A stretch of 64,000 bases of DNA. Origin: Bacteroidota bacterium. GTDB lineage: Bacteria > Bacteroidota > Ignavibacteria > Kapaibacteriales > UBA2268. The position numbers were made by a program, and so were the translations under genes. The stretch lies in assembly GCA_021780815.1 (NCBI GenBank), contig JAJXYC010000009.1, positions 31,157 through 95,156 of the forward strand, written 5' to 3'. This document shows positions 40,816 to 51,288 of this stretch, in pieces. The notes below the pieces were generated by a model. The model saw nothing but the letters and a program-made list of their open reading frames with translations. It was not told the DNA's origin and searched no databases. The number at the start of each line of letters is the position of its first letter. Position 1 is the stretch's first letter.

Positions 40816-41627
40816 AAATGAATATTTATAAAAACAAATTACTATCTATTTTAATTATTTTTTGTATTTGTAATATTAGAAGTTTTGTTCTTTGTCAAAA
40901 TGAATTAGGGAAAATAAATTTGAATTTCAATTTTTCAGTCGGGACTTCAATTCCTGCTTTTTCGCAGGGGTTTTTATCTGAATATACTTCGGTGCTTGGT
41001 GGAAAAAAGGAAGATTTCAATAATTATTCTTCTTTTGCCGCATCTTTATCAGCACAATGGATTGAATTCTTAAAATTTTCTTTGCAAGTTTCTGCTAATC
41101 GCTTTACTTTGCAAGATAAGTTTAGTAAAGAAACTTATCCAACAAGTGGTACTTGGCGAAATTTTAGTGAGGATATGTCGGTTTCTGATGTCCCAATTTT
41201 ATTGTTCGTTGATTTGGTCCATTTTTATAATAAATATAAAGTATATGTTGGTGGTGCTTTAGGAGGAAGCTTTTCTATGATGAAATGGTCTGAAATTGTT
41301 GATTCTCCTTTGAATAACGATATTAGGGTTGGTGGTACAATTATTAATAAAAATAGTTTATTTTTTGCGATAGGACTACATTCAGGGATTTCATTAGATT
41401 TTGATAAGGAATCTGTTCCATCTTTTGTTAAAGGTTTGTTCTTTGAAACAAATATTTTATTTGTTGATAGGTATTTTGATGTTTTTGAAAAATTAAGAAA
41501 TCAAATTTTACCAGTGGCAAATGAATTAAATGAAAATAAATTTATGATCCCAATTACTGTTGGGTTTCAATTAGGTATTATGTTGAATTTAGAAAGCAAA
41601 CAAATTAACCGAGTTTTCGGTAATTAA
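40803..41627 (+). CDS. Hypothetical outer-membrane protein
   Basis: 274 aa with a signal peptide and beta-strand-like alternating pattern. No recognised motif. Confidence 0.35.
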   Translation: MVLLKMNIYKNKLLSILIIFCICNIRSFVLCQNELGKINLNFNFSVGTSIPAFSQGFLSEYTSVLGGKKEDFNNYSSFAASLSAQWIEFLKFSLQVSANRFTLQDKFSKETYPTSGTWRNFSEDMSVSDVPILLFVDLVHFYNKYKVYVGGALGGSFSMMKWSEIVDSPLNNDIRVGGTIINKNSLFFAIGLHSGISLDFDKESVPSFVKGLFFETNILFVDRYFDVFEKLRNQILPVANELNENKFMIPITVGFQLGIMLNLESKQINRVFGN

Positions 41628-41662
41628 ATATATTTTTAATTAAAAATTTAAGGAGTTGCACA

Positions 41663-41950
41663 ATGAAAACTAACGTAACATTCCGACATTTCAATTCTCA
41701 ACATCCACACTTGCAAGCAGAAGCAATTGAAGAGGCTAATCACTTTACAAAGTATTTAGAAAATATTATTAGCGCTGATGTTGAGTTTATTAATGACGAA
41801 AATAAAATTGTTGAATTCACTGTTCATGTTAATGGTGATGTTCTCAAATCCGAAGGTAGCTCTGATGATTTTCACAAATCCATCAATATTGCCTCTGAAA
41901 AAATGATTAGACAACTAACAAAATGGAAAACAAAACATTACGAGAAATAA
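41663..41950 (+). CDS. hpf: Ribosome hibernation promoting factor (short HPF/RaiA form)
   Basis: 95 aa. MKTNVTFRHFNSQHPHLQAEAIEE... matches the sigma-54 modulation protein/S30EA family. Confidence 0.85.
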   Translation: MKTNVTFRHFNSQHPHLQAEAIEEANHFTKYLENIISADVEFINDENKIVEFTVHVNGDVLKSEGSSDDFHKSINIASEKMIRQLTKWKTKHYEK

Positions 41951-41972
41951 TAAAGTTGTAAAATGAAAGACG

Positions 41973-42004
41973 AAAGAGGCTATCTTTTTTTAGATAGCCT
42001 CTTT
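41973..42004. terminator. Bidirectional intrinsic terminator shared by convergent hpf and leuS
   Basis: Perfect 13-bp stem AAAGAGGCTATCT / AGATAGCCTCTTT with a T-rich loop, flanked by A/T runs on both sides. Confidence 0.75.
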
Positions 42005-42038
42005 AATTTTGACAAAGACAAATAAATTTGTTTACATA

Positions 42039-44624
42039 TTATTTAACAATAAAGTTAATCAATTTATTTTTAACAAAAATGACTTTAACAATAGATTGGT
42101 CACCAATAAATTTCTTTGTGTTTTCTTCTGCTAATGCAAGTTCTTGAATTTGTTCTTGTGTCGCATCTAAATTAGCATTAATTTTTGCACGAATTTTAGA
42201 ATTAACTTGAACAACGAATTCAATTGTTTGTTTAGTTGCTTTCCCTTCATCAAATTCAGGATAATTTGTATAAATAATTGATTTTGTATTACCCAAAAAT
42301 TCCCAAATTTCTTCTGCAATATGTGGAGCAAAAGGTACTAATATTTTGATGAACTTTTCGGCAGCCTCTTTAGGGAAAATTTTATATTTAGAGAACTCAT
42401 TAACAAAAATCATCATTTGAGAAATAGCTGTATTAAATCTTAATCGTTCAATGTCTTCGGCAACTTTTTTAATTGTAGAATGCAAAACAAATTCTTGTTC
42501 AGCATTCATTTTAGTATCTTGAATATTTTTGGATAGATGTTCATCAGTACTAATATAAAGTCTCCAAACTTTATTTAAAAAACGGAATAACCCTTCTATA
42601 CCTGTTTTAGACCAAGGTTTAGATTGTTCTAATGGACCGAGGAACATTTCAAAAAGTCGCAAAGAATCTGCTCCATATTCATCAACAACTTCATCAGGAT
42701 TTACAACATTTCCAAGAGATTTTGACATTTTACGACCATCTTCACCTAATATTAATCCTTGATGAAAAAGTTTGTAAAATGGTTCTTTTGAAGAAACAAG
42801 TTTATAATCAAAAAGGACTTTATGCCAAAATCTAGCATAAAGCAAGTGCAAAACAGCATGTTCAGCACCGCCAACATAAAGATCTACACCATTTGGTTGC
42901 ATCCAATATGATTCTTTTGTTTTGTCTGCAAAAATGCTATGATTAGCAGGGTCAATATAACGAAGATAATACCAGCAAGAACCAGCCCATTGAGGCATTG
43001 TGTTTGTTTCAAATCTTGCTTTTTTACCTGTTTTTTTATCAACAAAATTAATCCATTCTGGAACTTTTGCTAATGGGGATTCACCCGTCCCCGCAGGTTT
43101 AAAATCGCTGATATAAGGTAATGTTAAAGGTAATTCCTCTTCTTCTAATGCTCTTTTAGTTCCATCTTCAAAAAACATAATTGGAATCGGTTCGCCCCAA
43201 TATCTTTGACGAGAAAATAACCAATCACGCAATTTAAATTGAATCTTTTTTCTACCAATACCTTTTTGTTCTAACCATTCAATAATTTTTGATTTTGCAA
43301 TTTTTGTAGTAATGCCGTTCAAGCTAATTTCAGAATTTTTAGAGTTAATGCCAATTCCTTCGTAAGAGGTGAAAGCTTCCTTCTCAATATTGATTTCGGA
43401 GGCATCGGACGGCATAACAACTTGAGTAATTTGCAAGTTGTATTTTTTAGCAAACTCGTGGTCTCGTTCGTCGTGAGCAGGTACTGCCATAATTGCACCA
43501 GTTCCATAGTGTCCAAGCACATAATCAGCCGTCCAAATAGGTATGCGTTCATTGGTTGCAGGATTAATTGCAAAACCACCGGTGAAAATACCTGTTTTAT
43601 CTTTGACAAGTTCAGTCCTTTCTAAATCAGTTTTTAGCGATGCTGTTTCAATATATTTACTAACTGCACTGCTTTGTTCTGGTGAAGCAACTTCAAGAGT
43701 GAGAGGATTTTCAGGAGCAAGGACGAGATAAGTAGCTCCGAAGATTGTATCAGGGCGAGTTGTATAAACTAAAATAGATTTATCGGAATTTTCAATTTGG
43801 AATTTAACTTCTGCACCTTCACTGCGACCAATCCAATTTTTTTGCATTTCCAAAGTAGAATTAGGCCAATCAACCAAATCTAAATCATCAAGAAGCCGTT
43901 GAGCATATTTTGTAATACGAATCATCCATTGTTTCATAGGACGACGTTCAACGGTATAGCCTTTTTCACGCCATTCATCAACTTCTTCGTTGGCAAGTAC
44001 AGTACCTAATTCTTCACACCAATTGACCGGAATTTCAGCGATATAAGCTAATCGGTTCTCATCTCTAAATTTTTCAATTTCAGTAGATGTTTGTAAATAG
44101 TTGGGAATTTCTAATTCTTCAATTGGACGAGCCTTATTAAGTTTTTCATCAAAAAATGAATTATAAATTTTCAAGAACATCCATTGTGTCCATTTATAAT
44201 AATTAGGCGCAGTGGTATTGACTTCACGGTTCCAATCATATGATAAGCCTAATATTTTAAGTTGTCTGCGGAAAGTTTTGATATTATTTTCAGTAGCTAT
44301 TTCAGGGTGAATACCTGTTTTCATTGAATATCTCTCTGTTGGCAATCCGAACGCATCAAATCCCATAGGATGTAAGACATTAAATCCTTTCATTCGTTTA
44401 TACCGAGAAATAATATCTGTTGCTGTATACCCTTCTGGATGACCTATGTGTAATCCTGCACCACTTGGATACGGGAACATATCTAAAATATAATATTTTG
44501 GCTTAGAAAAATCATTTGTTGTTTCAAAAATATTGTTCTGCTCCCAATACTTTTGCCATTTTTTTTCAATTTGGTTAAAAGGATAATTTGCCATTTGCTG
44601 AAATTTATTTAATGTAAAATTCAA
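42039..44624 (-). CDS. leuS: Leucine--tRNA ligase
   Basis: 861 aa. HIGH motif ([16 protein letters not shown]), KMSKS motif and CP1 editing domain. Confidence 0.95.
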   Translation of the reverse strand: MNFTLNKFQQMANYPFNQIEKKWQKYWEQNNIFETTNDFSKPKYYILDMFPYPSGAGLHIGHPEGYTATDIISRYKRMKGFNVLHPMGFDAFGLPTERYSMKTGIHPEIATENNIKTFRRQLKILGLSYDWNREVNTTAPNYYKWTQWMFLKIYNSFFDEKLNKARPIEELEIPNYLQTSTEIEKFRDENRLAYIAEIPVNWCEELGTVLANEEVDEWREKGYTVERRPMKQWMIRITKYAQRLLDDLDLVDWPNSTLEMQKNWIGRSEGAEVKFQIENSDKSILVYTTRPDTIFGATYLVLAPENPLTLEVASPEQSSAVSKYIETASLKTDLERTELVKDKTGIFTGGFAINPATNERIPIWTADYVLGHYGTGAIMAVPAHDERDHEFAKKYNLQITQVVMPSDASEINIEKEAFTSYEGIGINSKNSEISLNGITTKIAKSKIIEWLEQKGIGRKKIQFKLRDWLFSRQRYWGEPIPIMFFEDGTKRALEEEELPLTLPYISDFKPAGTGESPLAKVPEWINFVDKKTGKKARFETNTMPQWAGSCWYYLRYIDPANHSIFADKTKESYWMQPNGVDLYVGGAEHAVLHLLYARFWHKVLFDYKLVSSKEPFYKLFHQGLILGEDGRKMSKSLGNVVNPDEVVDEYGADSLRLFEMFLGPLEQSKPWSKTGIEGLFRFLNKVWRLYISTDEHLSKNIQDTKMNAEQEFVLHSTIKKVAEDIERLRFNTAISQMMIFVNEFSKYKIFPKEAAEKFIKILVPFAPHIAEEIWEFLGNTKSIIYTNYPEFDEGKATKQTIEFVVQVNSKIRAKINANLDATQEQIQELALAEENTKKFIGDQSIVKVIFVKNKLINFIVK

Positions 44625-44750
44625 AATTAAGAATAAAGAAAATAAAATAAAATATTTTGAGATAATTACTCATATTTTAAAAAAAATATTTAAATTAGAA
44701 AAAAAATTGTTGTATTTTAGAAAAACTTATTTTATATAATAATTTAACTT

Positions 44751-46172
44751 ATGAAAGTAAAAAAATATATAATTGGAATATCTTCGCTAATCAGTCTGCT
44801 AATCTTTTTTGTTGGCTGTGGAAGTATAACCCGAGAAGAAAAAGATGCTTTTACAATAACAGAAATAGACACAACCTTTACAAATTTTGTCAAAAATTCA
44901 CCGGCTAATAAAGATAATGGTACAGTATTTCCATCAAGCAAAGAAGTGTTAGTTGAAAGAAATTTAACACAAAGAGATAGTGAATATACGAGATATTATC
45001 CGGATTTTATTAGATTAGGATTCTTTGAAAGTATAGGTATAGTAACAGGAAATACAGATAATGGAATAGGCACAGGGCTATTTGGTCTATTTCCTATGGA
45101 TAATATTTCGCAATCATTTAGAGGGAAGTCTGGCAAAACTTTCGCTGGTGGAATTTATCGATTGGGAATAGGGGAATGGCGATTAAGATGGTTTCGTGAT
45201 GCTCCAAATTGGACTTATGGAATATCGTTATTTGAAGCGCTGATTCCAGATGCAAAAGCAGAAGATATTTTAACTGCAATATATCCATTCTATATTAGAA
45301 AAAGGTTTTATTTAAAAGAGACCATACCTTATGTTTCTGTAACTCCATCGTTAGGAGTAGGACTTTTACCATCGCAATATTTAAATTTATCAGTTTCACT
45401 CGATGGTGGCTCAATAGGAGGTTTTAATGTTAGAGCTTATCTTGGTTTTGCTGTTGGTTATAATAGCAAAGCAACTCCTCAAATTAAAAATAATGATTAT
45501 ATACATTCTGATAAAACTATATCATTCCCGTATGCGGGTTTAGGTGTATCGTTCCTTGACTTCTTAAATATTGTCCCGGAAACTTTGGTTGAATGGAAAG
45601 ATTATCAACATTCAAGTTGGGAACTCGGATTAATTGAGATGAGTTTATTAACAACAAATTCAAAAAAATCTGTATTTGGAGATACAACTAATACTTCTGC
45701 TTTAAGTGGTTTTGATTTGCAAATTGCAAAGACCAATATAGCCATTCCTATATTAGATAATAGATTTTATGTTGGGACATCACTAATAAGGTTTCTTGGT
45801 TTAGGTAGGAACACTTGGGCAATGGCAGTTATGCCTATTAGGGTTGGATATTGGCATACATTAGTTGAAGATGAACTGACAACTACTCCTTTCCTTGAAT
45901 TTGGTTATTATCCATCATATTATATTAATATTGGTGGTGAAGTAAATTTGCGTATTAGTGATAATGTAAATATTGGTCTTAAAGGTGGTTACATTAATGG
46001 CGATTCTGGAAATATATTAGGTGGTTCGTTAGTTAATAATTTTGGAATTGCCAATACTTTTTCTAACCTTTATTTTGGTGTTTCTTTACGATTGATTGAT
46101 GATATATTTTTTGAACATCAATTGAGATACAACCGACGGGATTTACCTAAAGAGCCGAAAATTTATAAATAA
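44751..46172 (+). CDS. Hypothetical lipoprotein
   Basis: 473 aa. Lipobox LIFFVGC. Gly/aromatic-rich beta-rich composition. No recognised family. Confidence 0.4.
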   Translation: MKVKKYIIGISSLISLLIFFVGCGSITREEKDAFTITEIDTTFTNFVKNSPANKDNGTVFPSSKEVLVERNLTQRDSEYTRYYPDFIRLGFFESIGIVTGNTDNGIGTGLFGLFPMDNISQSFRGKSGKTFAGGIYRLGIGEWRLRWFRDAPNWTYGISLFEALIPDAKAEDILTAIYPFYIRKRFYLKETIPYVSVTPSLGVGLLPSQYLNLSVSLDGGSIGGFNVRAYLGFAVGYNSKATPQIKNNDYIHSDKTISFPYAGLGVSFLDFLNIVPETLVEWKDYQHSSWELGLIEMSLLTTNSKKSVFGDTTNTSALSGFDLQIAKTNIAIPILDNRFYVGTSLIRFLGLGRNTWAMAVMPIRVGYWHTLVEDELTTTPFLEFGYYPSYYINIGGEVNLRISDNVNIGLKGGYINGDSGNILGGSLVNNFGIANTFSNLYFGVSLRLIDDIFFEHQLRYNRRDLPKEPKIYK

Positions 46173-46205
46173 TAGATGTATAAAAATTAAAACAATAATG
46201 ATAAA

Positions 46206-46781
46206 TTGGGAAAAAATCTATTTTTAATATTAATTGTAATTAGTGTTTTGTCAATATTGGCAAATTCTTGTTCGCCTGATACATTTGTATTAAATAAATA
46301 TGAGGGTGATAATGTAATTTATGTAAGAATGCTTAATGGGATAGGAAAAACTGAAAAAATTAATGAAAATTCTTTAGAAATAAAACCTGATGCAATTGTA
46401 TCGTTAAAATTTATTGAAGAAACACAATTTATAGATGAATTTAATTTAACATTAAAATCTGGAAATGGTGTAAGTTTGTATTTATATACAACAGAAGCGG
46501 AATTTGGCGAGCAGAAGAATATAGAAGTAAATTTAACAACGGCAGGATATAAGATTATAAAAAATGAAGAAATGATTGCAGGTAGTGATAGTATAAAATT
46601 AGAATTAAACAAAAATTATAGAATTAAAATCCAACAAGAAGGTAACCTCCTCAAGTTTTCGGTAAACTGTGCCGATATTATTATTCAAGTATCAAAATAT
46701 GTTTCAAATGAGTATTTGATATTCCAAACTGGCAGAACAAGCGAAATTCAAATAGACGGAATAACAAAACAAGAAAATTAA
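46206..46781 (+). CDS. Hypothetical lipoprotein
   Basis: 191 aa. Lipobox LANSC. Confidence 0.35.
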   Translation: MGKNLFLILIVISVLSILANSCSPDTFVLNKYEGDNVIYVRMLNGIGKTEKINENSLEIKPDAIVSLKFIEETQFIDEFNLTLKSGNGVSLYLYTTEAEFGEQKNIEVNLTTAGYKIIKNEEMIAGSDSIKLELNKNYRIKIQQEGNLLKFSVNCADIIIQVSKYVSNEYLIFQTGRTSEIQIDGITKQEN

Positions 46782-46790
46782 CAAAAAAAC

Positions 46791-46817
46791 TAAAGTTTTA
46801 AAATTTTTTGACGATAC
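46791..46817 (+). promoter_or_regulatory. Sigma-28 (FliA)-type promoter for flagellin copy 1
   Basis: TAAAGTTT-N11-GACGATAC versus consensus TAAAGTTT-N11-GCCGATAA, located about 90 nt upstream of the flagellin ATG. An RBS AAGGAGG sits at 46894. Confidence 0.5.
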
Positions 46818-46903
46818 TTGATATAAGAAGAAGGAAAGAATTGGCAGGAGCCCAAGTTTACAAGAAAAGTGATTATTAATAAAAATAAAACAAGGAGGTT
46901 ATT

Positions 46904-47842
46904 ATGCCAACTGTATTCTCTGGAGATTCCAGAATAAGAACTAACATACCAGCTCTTAATGCGTATAACGCATTAATATCAACAAATAACGACATTGCGT
47001 TGAGGCAATTACGTTTATCAACGGGGAAAAGAATTAATTCTGCCGCAGATGATGTAGCAGGTTATATTACTTCTCGTTCTTTGCAAGCTCGTAATGATTC
47101 CTTAAATTCAGCAGTAAATGCTGTAGGTGAAGCAAAAAATGTTACATCTATTACTCAAGATGCTTTAGATAATATTAACAGCTTGCTTACAAAAATTAAA
47201 GAAAATGCGTCAACTGCGGCAAGCGGTGCATTAGGAACTGATGAAAAAATCGCTCTTGCAAAAGCTTCATATCAATTAACTCAACAAATTCAATTTATTG
47301 TAGGTTCAACAGTATTTGGTGGGAACCAATTAATTGATGGTACTTTCTCAGGTGAATGGACCGTCGGTTACAATGCGGCAAATTCATTATTGACGGTTGA
47401 AATTGATTTGAAGAATACTCAAACAGCGGCAGACAAATTTAACGTATCTGCTCCATTTGATTTAAATGCAATGTCAGTATCAAATTTTGCTGGTGTTACT
47501 GGTTTAAGTCTTGCTTCTTTGAATGAAGTTACCACTACTGATTTGGGAGTATTTAGCTATACTCAAATAGCTGTAACATTAACAAGTTTGGCAAGTGCTT
47601 TAAATAATGTTAATAAAGTTGCTTCATATTTAGGTGGTATTGAAAATAGACTAACTTCACAAGAAAGCTTGCTAAATTCTCAAGTTACCAATTATAAAGC
47701 AGCTATATCCAGAATTGAAGACACCGACGTTGCAACAGAGCAAATGAATCTTGTTAAATCACAGTTTTTGCAACAAGCTTCATTAGTTTCATTAGCACAA
47801 GCAAATCAGAATCCACAAGCATTTTTGAAGCTATTCCAATAA
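46904..47842 (+). CDS. fliC: Flagellin (short form, D0/D1 only)
   Basis: 312 aa. N-terminal LSTGKRINSAADDVAGYITS and C-terminal LSLAQANQNPQAFLKLFQ flagellin signatures. Confidence 0.85.
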   Translation: MPTVFSGDSRIRTNIPALNAYNALISTNNDIALRQLRLSTGKRINSAADDVAGYITSRSLQARNDSLNSAVNAVGEAKNVTSITQDALDNINSLLTKIKENASTAASGALGTDEKIALAKASYQLTQQIQFIVGSTVFGGNQLIDGTFSGEWTVGYNAANSLLTVEIDLKNTQTAADKFNVSAPFDLNAMSVSNFAGVTGLSLASLNEVTTTDLGVFSYTQIAVTLTSLASALNNVNKVASYLGGIENRLTSQESLLNSQVTNYKAAISRIEDTDVATEQMNLVKSQFLQQASLVSLAQANQNPQAFLKLFQ

Positions 47843-47997
47843 AAAATAGCTGAATGGTGAAATTGATTTGTTGAAAATTGTGGAATCAAATAAATAAAGA
47901 AGCATAAATATTAAGTTTGGTTATTGGTTAAATAAAATCAAAAGGACCTAAAAATTATTGTCTAATATTCGACAATAATAAAAACAACTCCGAATTT

Positions 47998-48024
47998 AAT
48001 AAAGAATGCTTCTTTATTTTATTT
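47998..48024 (+). terminator. Weak AT-rich hairpin plus T-run downstream of flagellin 1
   Basis: AATAAAGAA-TGC-TTCTTTATT 9-bp stem with only one GC pair, followed by TTATTTATTT. A second hairpin TTATTGTC-N8-GACAATAA lies at 47955..47978. Confidence 0.3.
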
Positions 48025-48129
48025 ATTTATAAATAAGTTGTAAATAAGTTTATTAGTTCGGTATGATTTTTGATAAATATTATAGTTGCAAGAAAGTTGG
48101 ATTTGTTCTTTGAAAATTTAAGATAAAAC

Positions 48130-48157
48130 TAAAGTTTATAAACCATACTGCCGATAA
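48130..48157 (+). promoter_or_regulatory. Sigma-28 (FliA)-type promoter for flagellin copy 2
   Basis: TAAAGTTT-N12-GCCGATAA. Both boxes match consensus exactly. Located about 78 nt upstream of the ATG. Confidence 0.6.
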
Positions 48158-48234
48158 TTTAATATATACAGGAATATATAAAAATAGATGGCACGGAAGC
48201 CGATGTTTAAAGTAAAATAAAAGCGGAGGCAAGT

Positions 48235-49173
48235 ATGCCAACTGTATTTTCCGGCGACTCAAGAATACGGACCAATATTCCCGCATTGAATGCATATAAT
48301 GCTCTAATATCGACTAACAATGATATAGCATTAAGGCAGTTACGTTTATCAACGGGTAAGAGAATTAACTCTGCTGCTGACGATGTAGCTGGCTACATTA
48401 CTTCAAAAGCATTAATGTCAAGAAACGAATCATTAAATTCTGCTTTAAACGCTGTTGGAGAAGCAAAAAATGTAACTGCGATATCCCAAGATTCATTAGA
48501 TAACATTTCTCAATTACTAACTCAAATCAAAGATAGTGTAGCGACAGCATCAAGTGGAGCTTTAGGAACTGATGAAAAGGTAGCACTTGCTAAATCAGCA
48601 TATCGTTTAGCAGAGCAAATTCAATTTGTTGTTAGTTCTACTGTTTTTGGTGGTCAGCAATTAATTGGAGGTGCTTTTTCTGGAACTTGGACTGTCGGAT
48701 ATAATGCGTCAAACAATTTACTAACTTTAGAGATTGATTTGCGGAACAACGATGTTGCCTCAACGAAATTTAATGTTGATGGGTTATTTAATTTGAACGC
48801 CTTGAGTATTTCTAACTTTGCTGGCGTTACAGGTTTTAACTTGACTTCTTTAAATGAGATTAGTGCTACTGATTTAGGTGTTTTCTCAGAAGCAAATGTT
48901 GGTTATATTTTGACAAGTTTAGCAGAAGCGATTGGGAATGTTTCAAAAGTTGCTTCTTACTTGGGTGGTATTGAAAATCGTTTGACGAGCCAGAATGATT
49001 TGTTGCGTTCTCAAATTACTAATTACGATGCCGCTATTTCAAGGATTCAAGATACAGATGTTGCTACCGAGCAGCTTAACTTAGCTAAATCTCAATTTCT
49101 TCAGCAAGCATCGTTAATTTCTTTGGCACAGGCGAACCAAAATCCACAATCTTTCTTGCAGTTATTTCGTTAA
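48235..49173 (+). CDS. fliC: Flagellin paralog 2
   Basis: 312 aa. N-terminal 57 aa are identical to copy 1, the termini are conserved and the central region is divergent. Confidence 0.85.
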   Translation: MPTVFSGDSRIRTNIPALNAYNALISTNNDIALRQLRLSTGKRINSAADDVAGYITSKALMSRNESLNSALNAVGEAKNVTAISQDSLDNISQLLTQIKDSVATASSGALGTDEKVALAKSAYRLAEQIQFVVSSTVFGGQQLIGGAFSGTWTVGYNASNNLLTLEIDLRNNDVASTKFNVDGLFNLNALSISNFAGVTGFNLTSLNEISATDLGVFSEANVGYILTSLAEAIGNVSKVASYLGGIENRLTSQNDLLRSQITNYDAAISRIQDTDVATEQLNLAKSQFLQQASLISLAQANQNPQSFLQLFR

Positions 49174-49287
49174 TATCAATTAGAATAATATTAGTTGAAA
49201 TAATATTAAATTTGGAGTTGTTATTAAATTTTACATTTAGCCCAATTCCAAATTTGAACAAGAAAATGTAATTTATTATGGTAAAAT

Positions 49288-49659
49288 ATGTCTGAATCAG
49301 CACAAAAATTAGCGGCATCAAAATTGTATGGCAATACATCGCCAGACGGAAAAGGTAAAATCCCTGCTTATCTTGAACAAGAAGTTTTATCTTGGAGCAA
49401 GGAAAAAATTATCTTGAAAATGTACGATTTATTTATTATTGCTAATAAAAAAGGTGATGTGAATAAAATGAGTAAAGTTCTTATTGAGTTAATGAGTGCT
49501 TTGAATTTTGAATACGAAGATACTGCAACAAGACTTTACAGATTGTATGAATATTGTCAAAGAGCAATATTCCAAAAAAAATTTGACGAAGCTTTAAAAA
49601 TTATTCAAGAATTGAGGGATACTTGGGCTAAGGCTTTTAACCTTGAACCCCAAGAATAA
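49288..49659 (+). CDS. fliS: Flagellar export chaperone FliS
   Basis: 123 aa four-helix protein with FliS-like spacing (YxxY...LxELxxALxxE...LYxLYEY). Position immediately after the flagellin genes and before fliD. Confidence 0.7.
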   Translation: MSESAQKLAASKLYGNTSPDGKGKIPAYLEQEVLSWSKEKIILKMYDLFIIANKKGDVNKMSKVLIELMSALNFEYEDTATRLYRLYEYCQRAIFQKKFDEALKIIQELRDTWAKAFNLEPQE

Positions 49660-49694
49660 CTGGAATTAAATAAATATGATATTTTGGAGGTATT

Positions 49695-51248
49695 ATGGCT
49701 GACATTAGTGGTATTTCAAGTTCTTCTTCTTCGAGTTCTACTCAATTAGACCAACTTGTAAATGCATATTTGCAAACTCAACAGCCTCAAATTGATACTT
49801 TGAATCAAAAGAAATCGGATTTGCAAACTACACAAACCTTTTATAATAATGTTTATACAAAATTAAATTCGTTAATTTCAAACCTTGATACTTTTGGTGA
49901 TTATAACGTAGCAAATAATACGGCTACTTTTACTAAAACCAACACGATTGATGCTTCTTTTGGCACAAAATCTGTTACAAGTTCTAAAACTGATGTAATT
50001 ACCGCTACTGCGACAAATGATGCAGTATTATCAACTATGAGTGTTCGTGTTGATAGACTTGCTTCTAATGATATTTTGATTTCTGACCAAATTAATTTAA
50101 ATGATACTTCTCGTATTGCAAATTATAATTTAAATACTGCAGGAGACCATAAATTTGATATTTCTGTGAACGGTGTTACTAAAACTATTACTGTTTCGCT
50201 CACTGGAACTGAAACAAATGAAGATATTTTAAAGAAAATTGCAAATGCAGTTAACCAAACAACTGATATTAATGTAAATGCCGCTTATATTAAAGATACA
50301 TCATCAACAGGGCGTATTACTTTTACTGCAAAAGATACTGGAAGTAGCAATAATGTTGTTATTTCTGGGACCGATTCTATTTTAAGCTATTTAGGGTTAA
50401 ACAATACTACTTCCAACGGTGATAGAACTCTTGCTACTGATACAACTGCCGGTTATATGAAATCAAACGCAAGTGATTTAGATGCAAAATTAAATGTAAA
50501 TGGAATTAATATTTATAGAGGTTCAAACACAATTTCAGATGTTTTAACTGGGGTTACACTGAATTTACTTAAACCGCAAGAAACAACAGAACAGCCTGTT
50601 ACACTTACTACAAGTGTTAATACAAATTCTGTTAAAGATATGATAACTACTTTTCTTTCAAATTTAAATGATATTACAAGCTTAATTAATAACACTGATA
50701 AATCACTTGTTAGAAGTGAAAGTTCAATTCAGCAATTAAAATATAACATCCGTTCAATAGGTTCATATAGAGTTGCTTCAATAACTGATGCAAATTCTCC
50801 GCAATATTTATCGGATATTGGGATTACAGTAGATAGTAATGGATTATTTAGTGTTAGTGATACAACAAAGTTAGAAAGCTATTTGAAGGATAATCCGCAA
50901 AAAGTTGCTAATTTATTTACTGCTCCTGATGGAGTAATAAGTCAAGTTAATAGCTTTATATATAACTTGCAAGGGACTAATGGATTTATTGCTCAAAGAA
51001 ATTCTTCTTTGACTCAACAAATTCAAAGTACAGACGATAGATTAAAAGAGACGCAAGATAAAATTAATACGCAAGCCGATAATATGAGGAAACAATATAC
51101 AACACTTTTGCAAACGTATTACGAAGCAATGGCACAATATAATTCTTACAGTGCATTTAATGGAACGACATCAAGTTCATCAAGTTCATCAAGTTCATCA
51201 AGTTCATTAAGTTCATTAAGTTCATCTAGTAGTTTAAGTGGTTATTAA
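49695..51248 (+). CDS. fliD: Flagellar filament cap protein FliD (hook-associated protein 2) with poly-Ser termini
   Basis: 517 aa. N-terminal LDQLVNAYLQTQQPQIDTLNQKKSDLQTTQTFYNNVYTKL and C-terminal coiled-coil FliD patterns. S8 run near the N-terminus and S13(LSS)2 tail at the C-terminus. Confidence 0.75.
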   Translation: MADISGISSSSSSSSTQLDQLVNAYLQTQQPQIDTLNQKKSDLQTTQTFYNNVYTKLNSLISNLDTFGDYNVANNTATFTKTNTIDASFGTKSVTSSKTDVITATATNDAVLSTMSVRVDRLASNDILISDQINLNDTSRIANYNLNTAGDHKFDISVNGVTKTITVSLTGTETNEDILKKIANAVNQTTDINVNAAYIKDTSSTGRITFTAKDTGSSNNVVISGTDSILSYLGLNNTTSNGDRTLATDTTAGYMKSNASDLDAKLNVNGINIYRGSNTISDVLTGVTLNLLKPQETTEQPVTLTTSVNTNSVKDMITTFLSNLNDITSLINNTDKSLVRSESSIQQLKYNIRSIGSYRVASITDANSPQYLSDIGITVDSNGLFSVSDTTKLESYLKDNPQKVANLFTAPDGVISQVNSFIYNLQGTNGFIAQRNSSLTQQIQSTDDRLKETQDKINTQADNMRKQYTTLLQTYYEAMAQYNSYSAFNGTTSSSSSSSSSSSSLSSLSSSSSLSGY

Positions 51249-51288
51249 TAAAAAAATATTTTTGTGGTAACACAAAGGAGGTTATACA

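Noticed and set aside
47955-47978. Hairpin TTATTGTC-N8-GACAATAA between the two flagellin genes
   Set aside because: A T-run follows only in the minus-strand orientation, where no gene is being terminated. Probably incidental or part of a compound weak terminator with the hairpin at 47998.
48080-48295. 71-aa minus-strand ORF spanning the flagellin-2 promoter and start
   Set aside because: It overlaps the sigma-28 promoter and the 5' end of a highly conserved flagellin gene. Most likely spurious.
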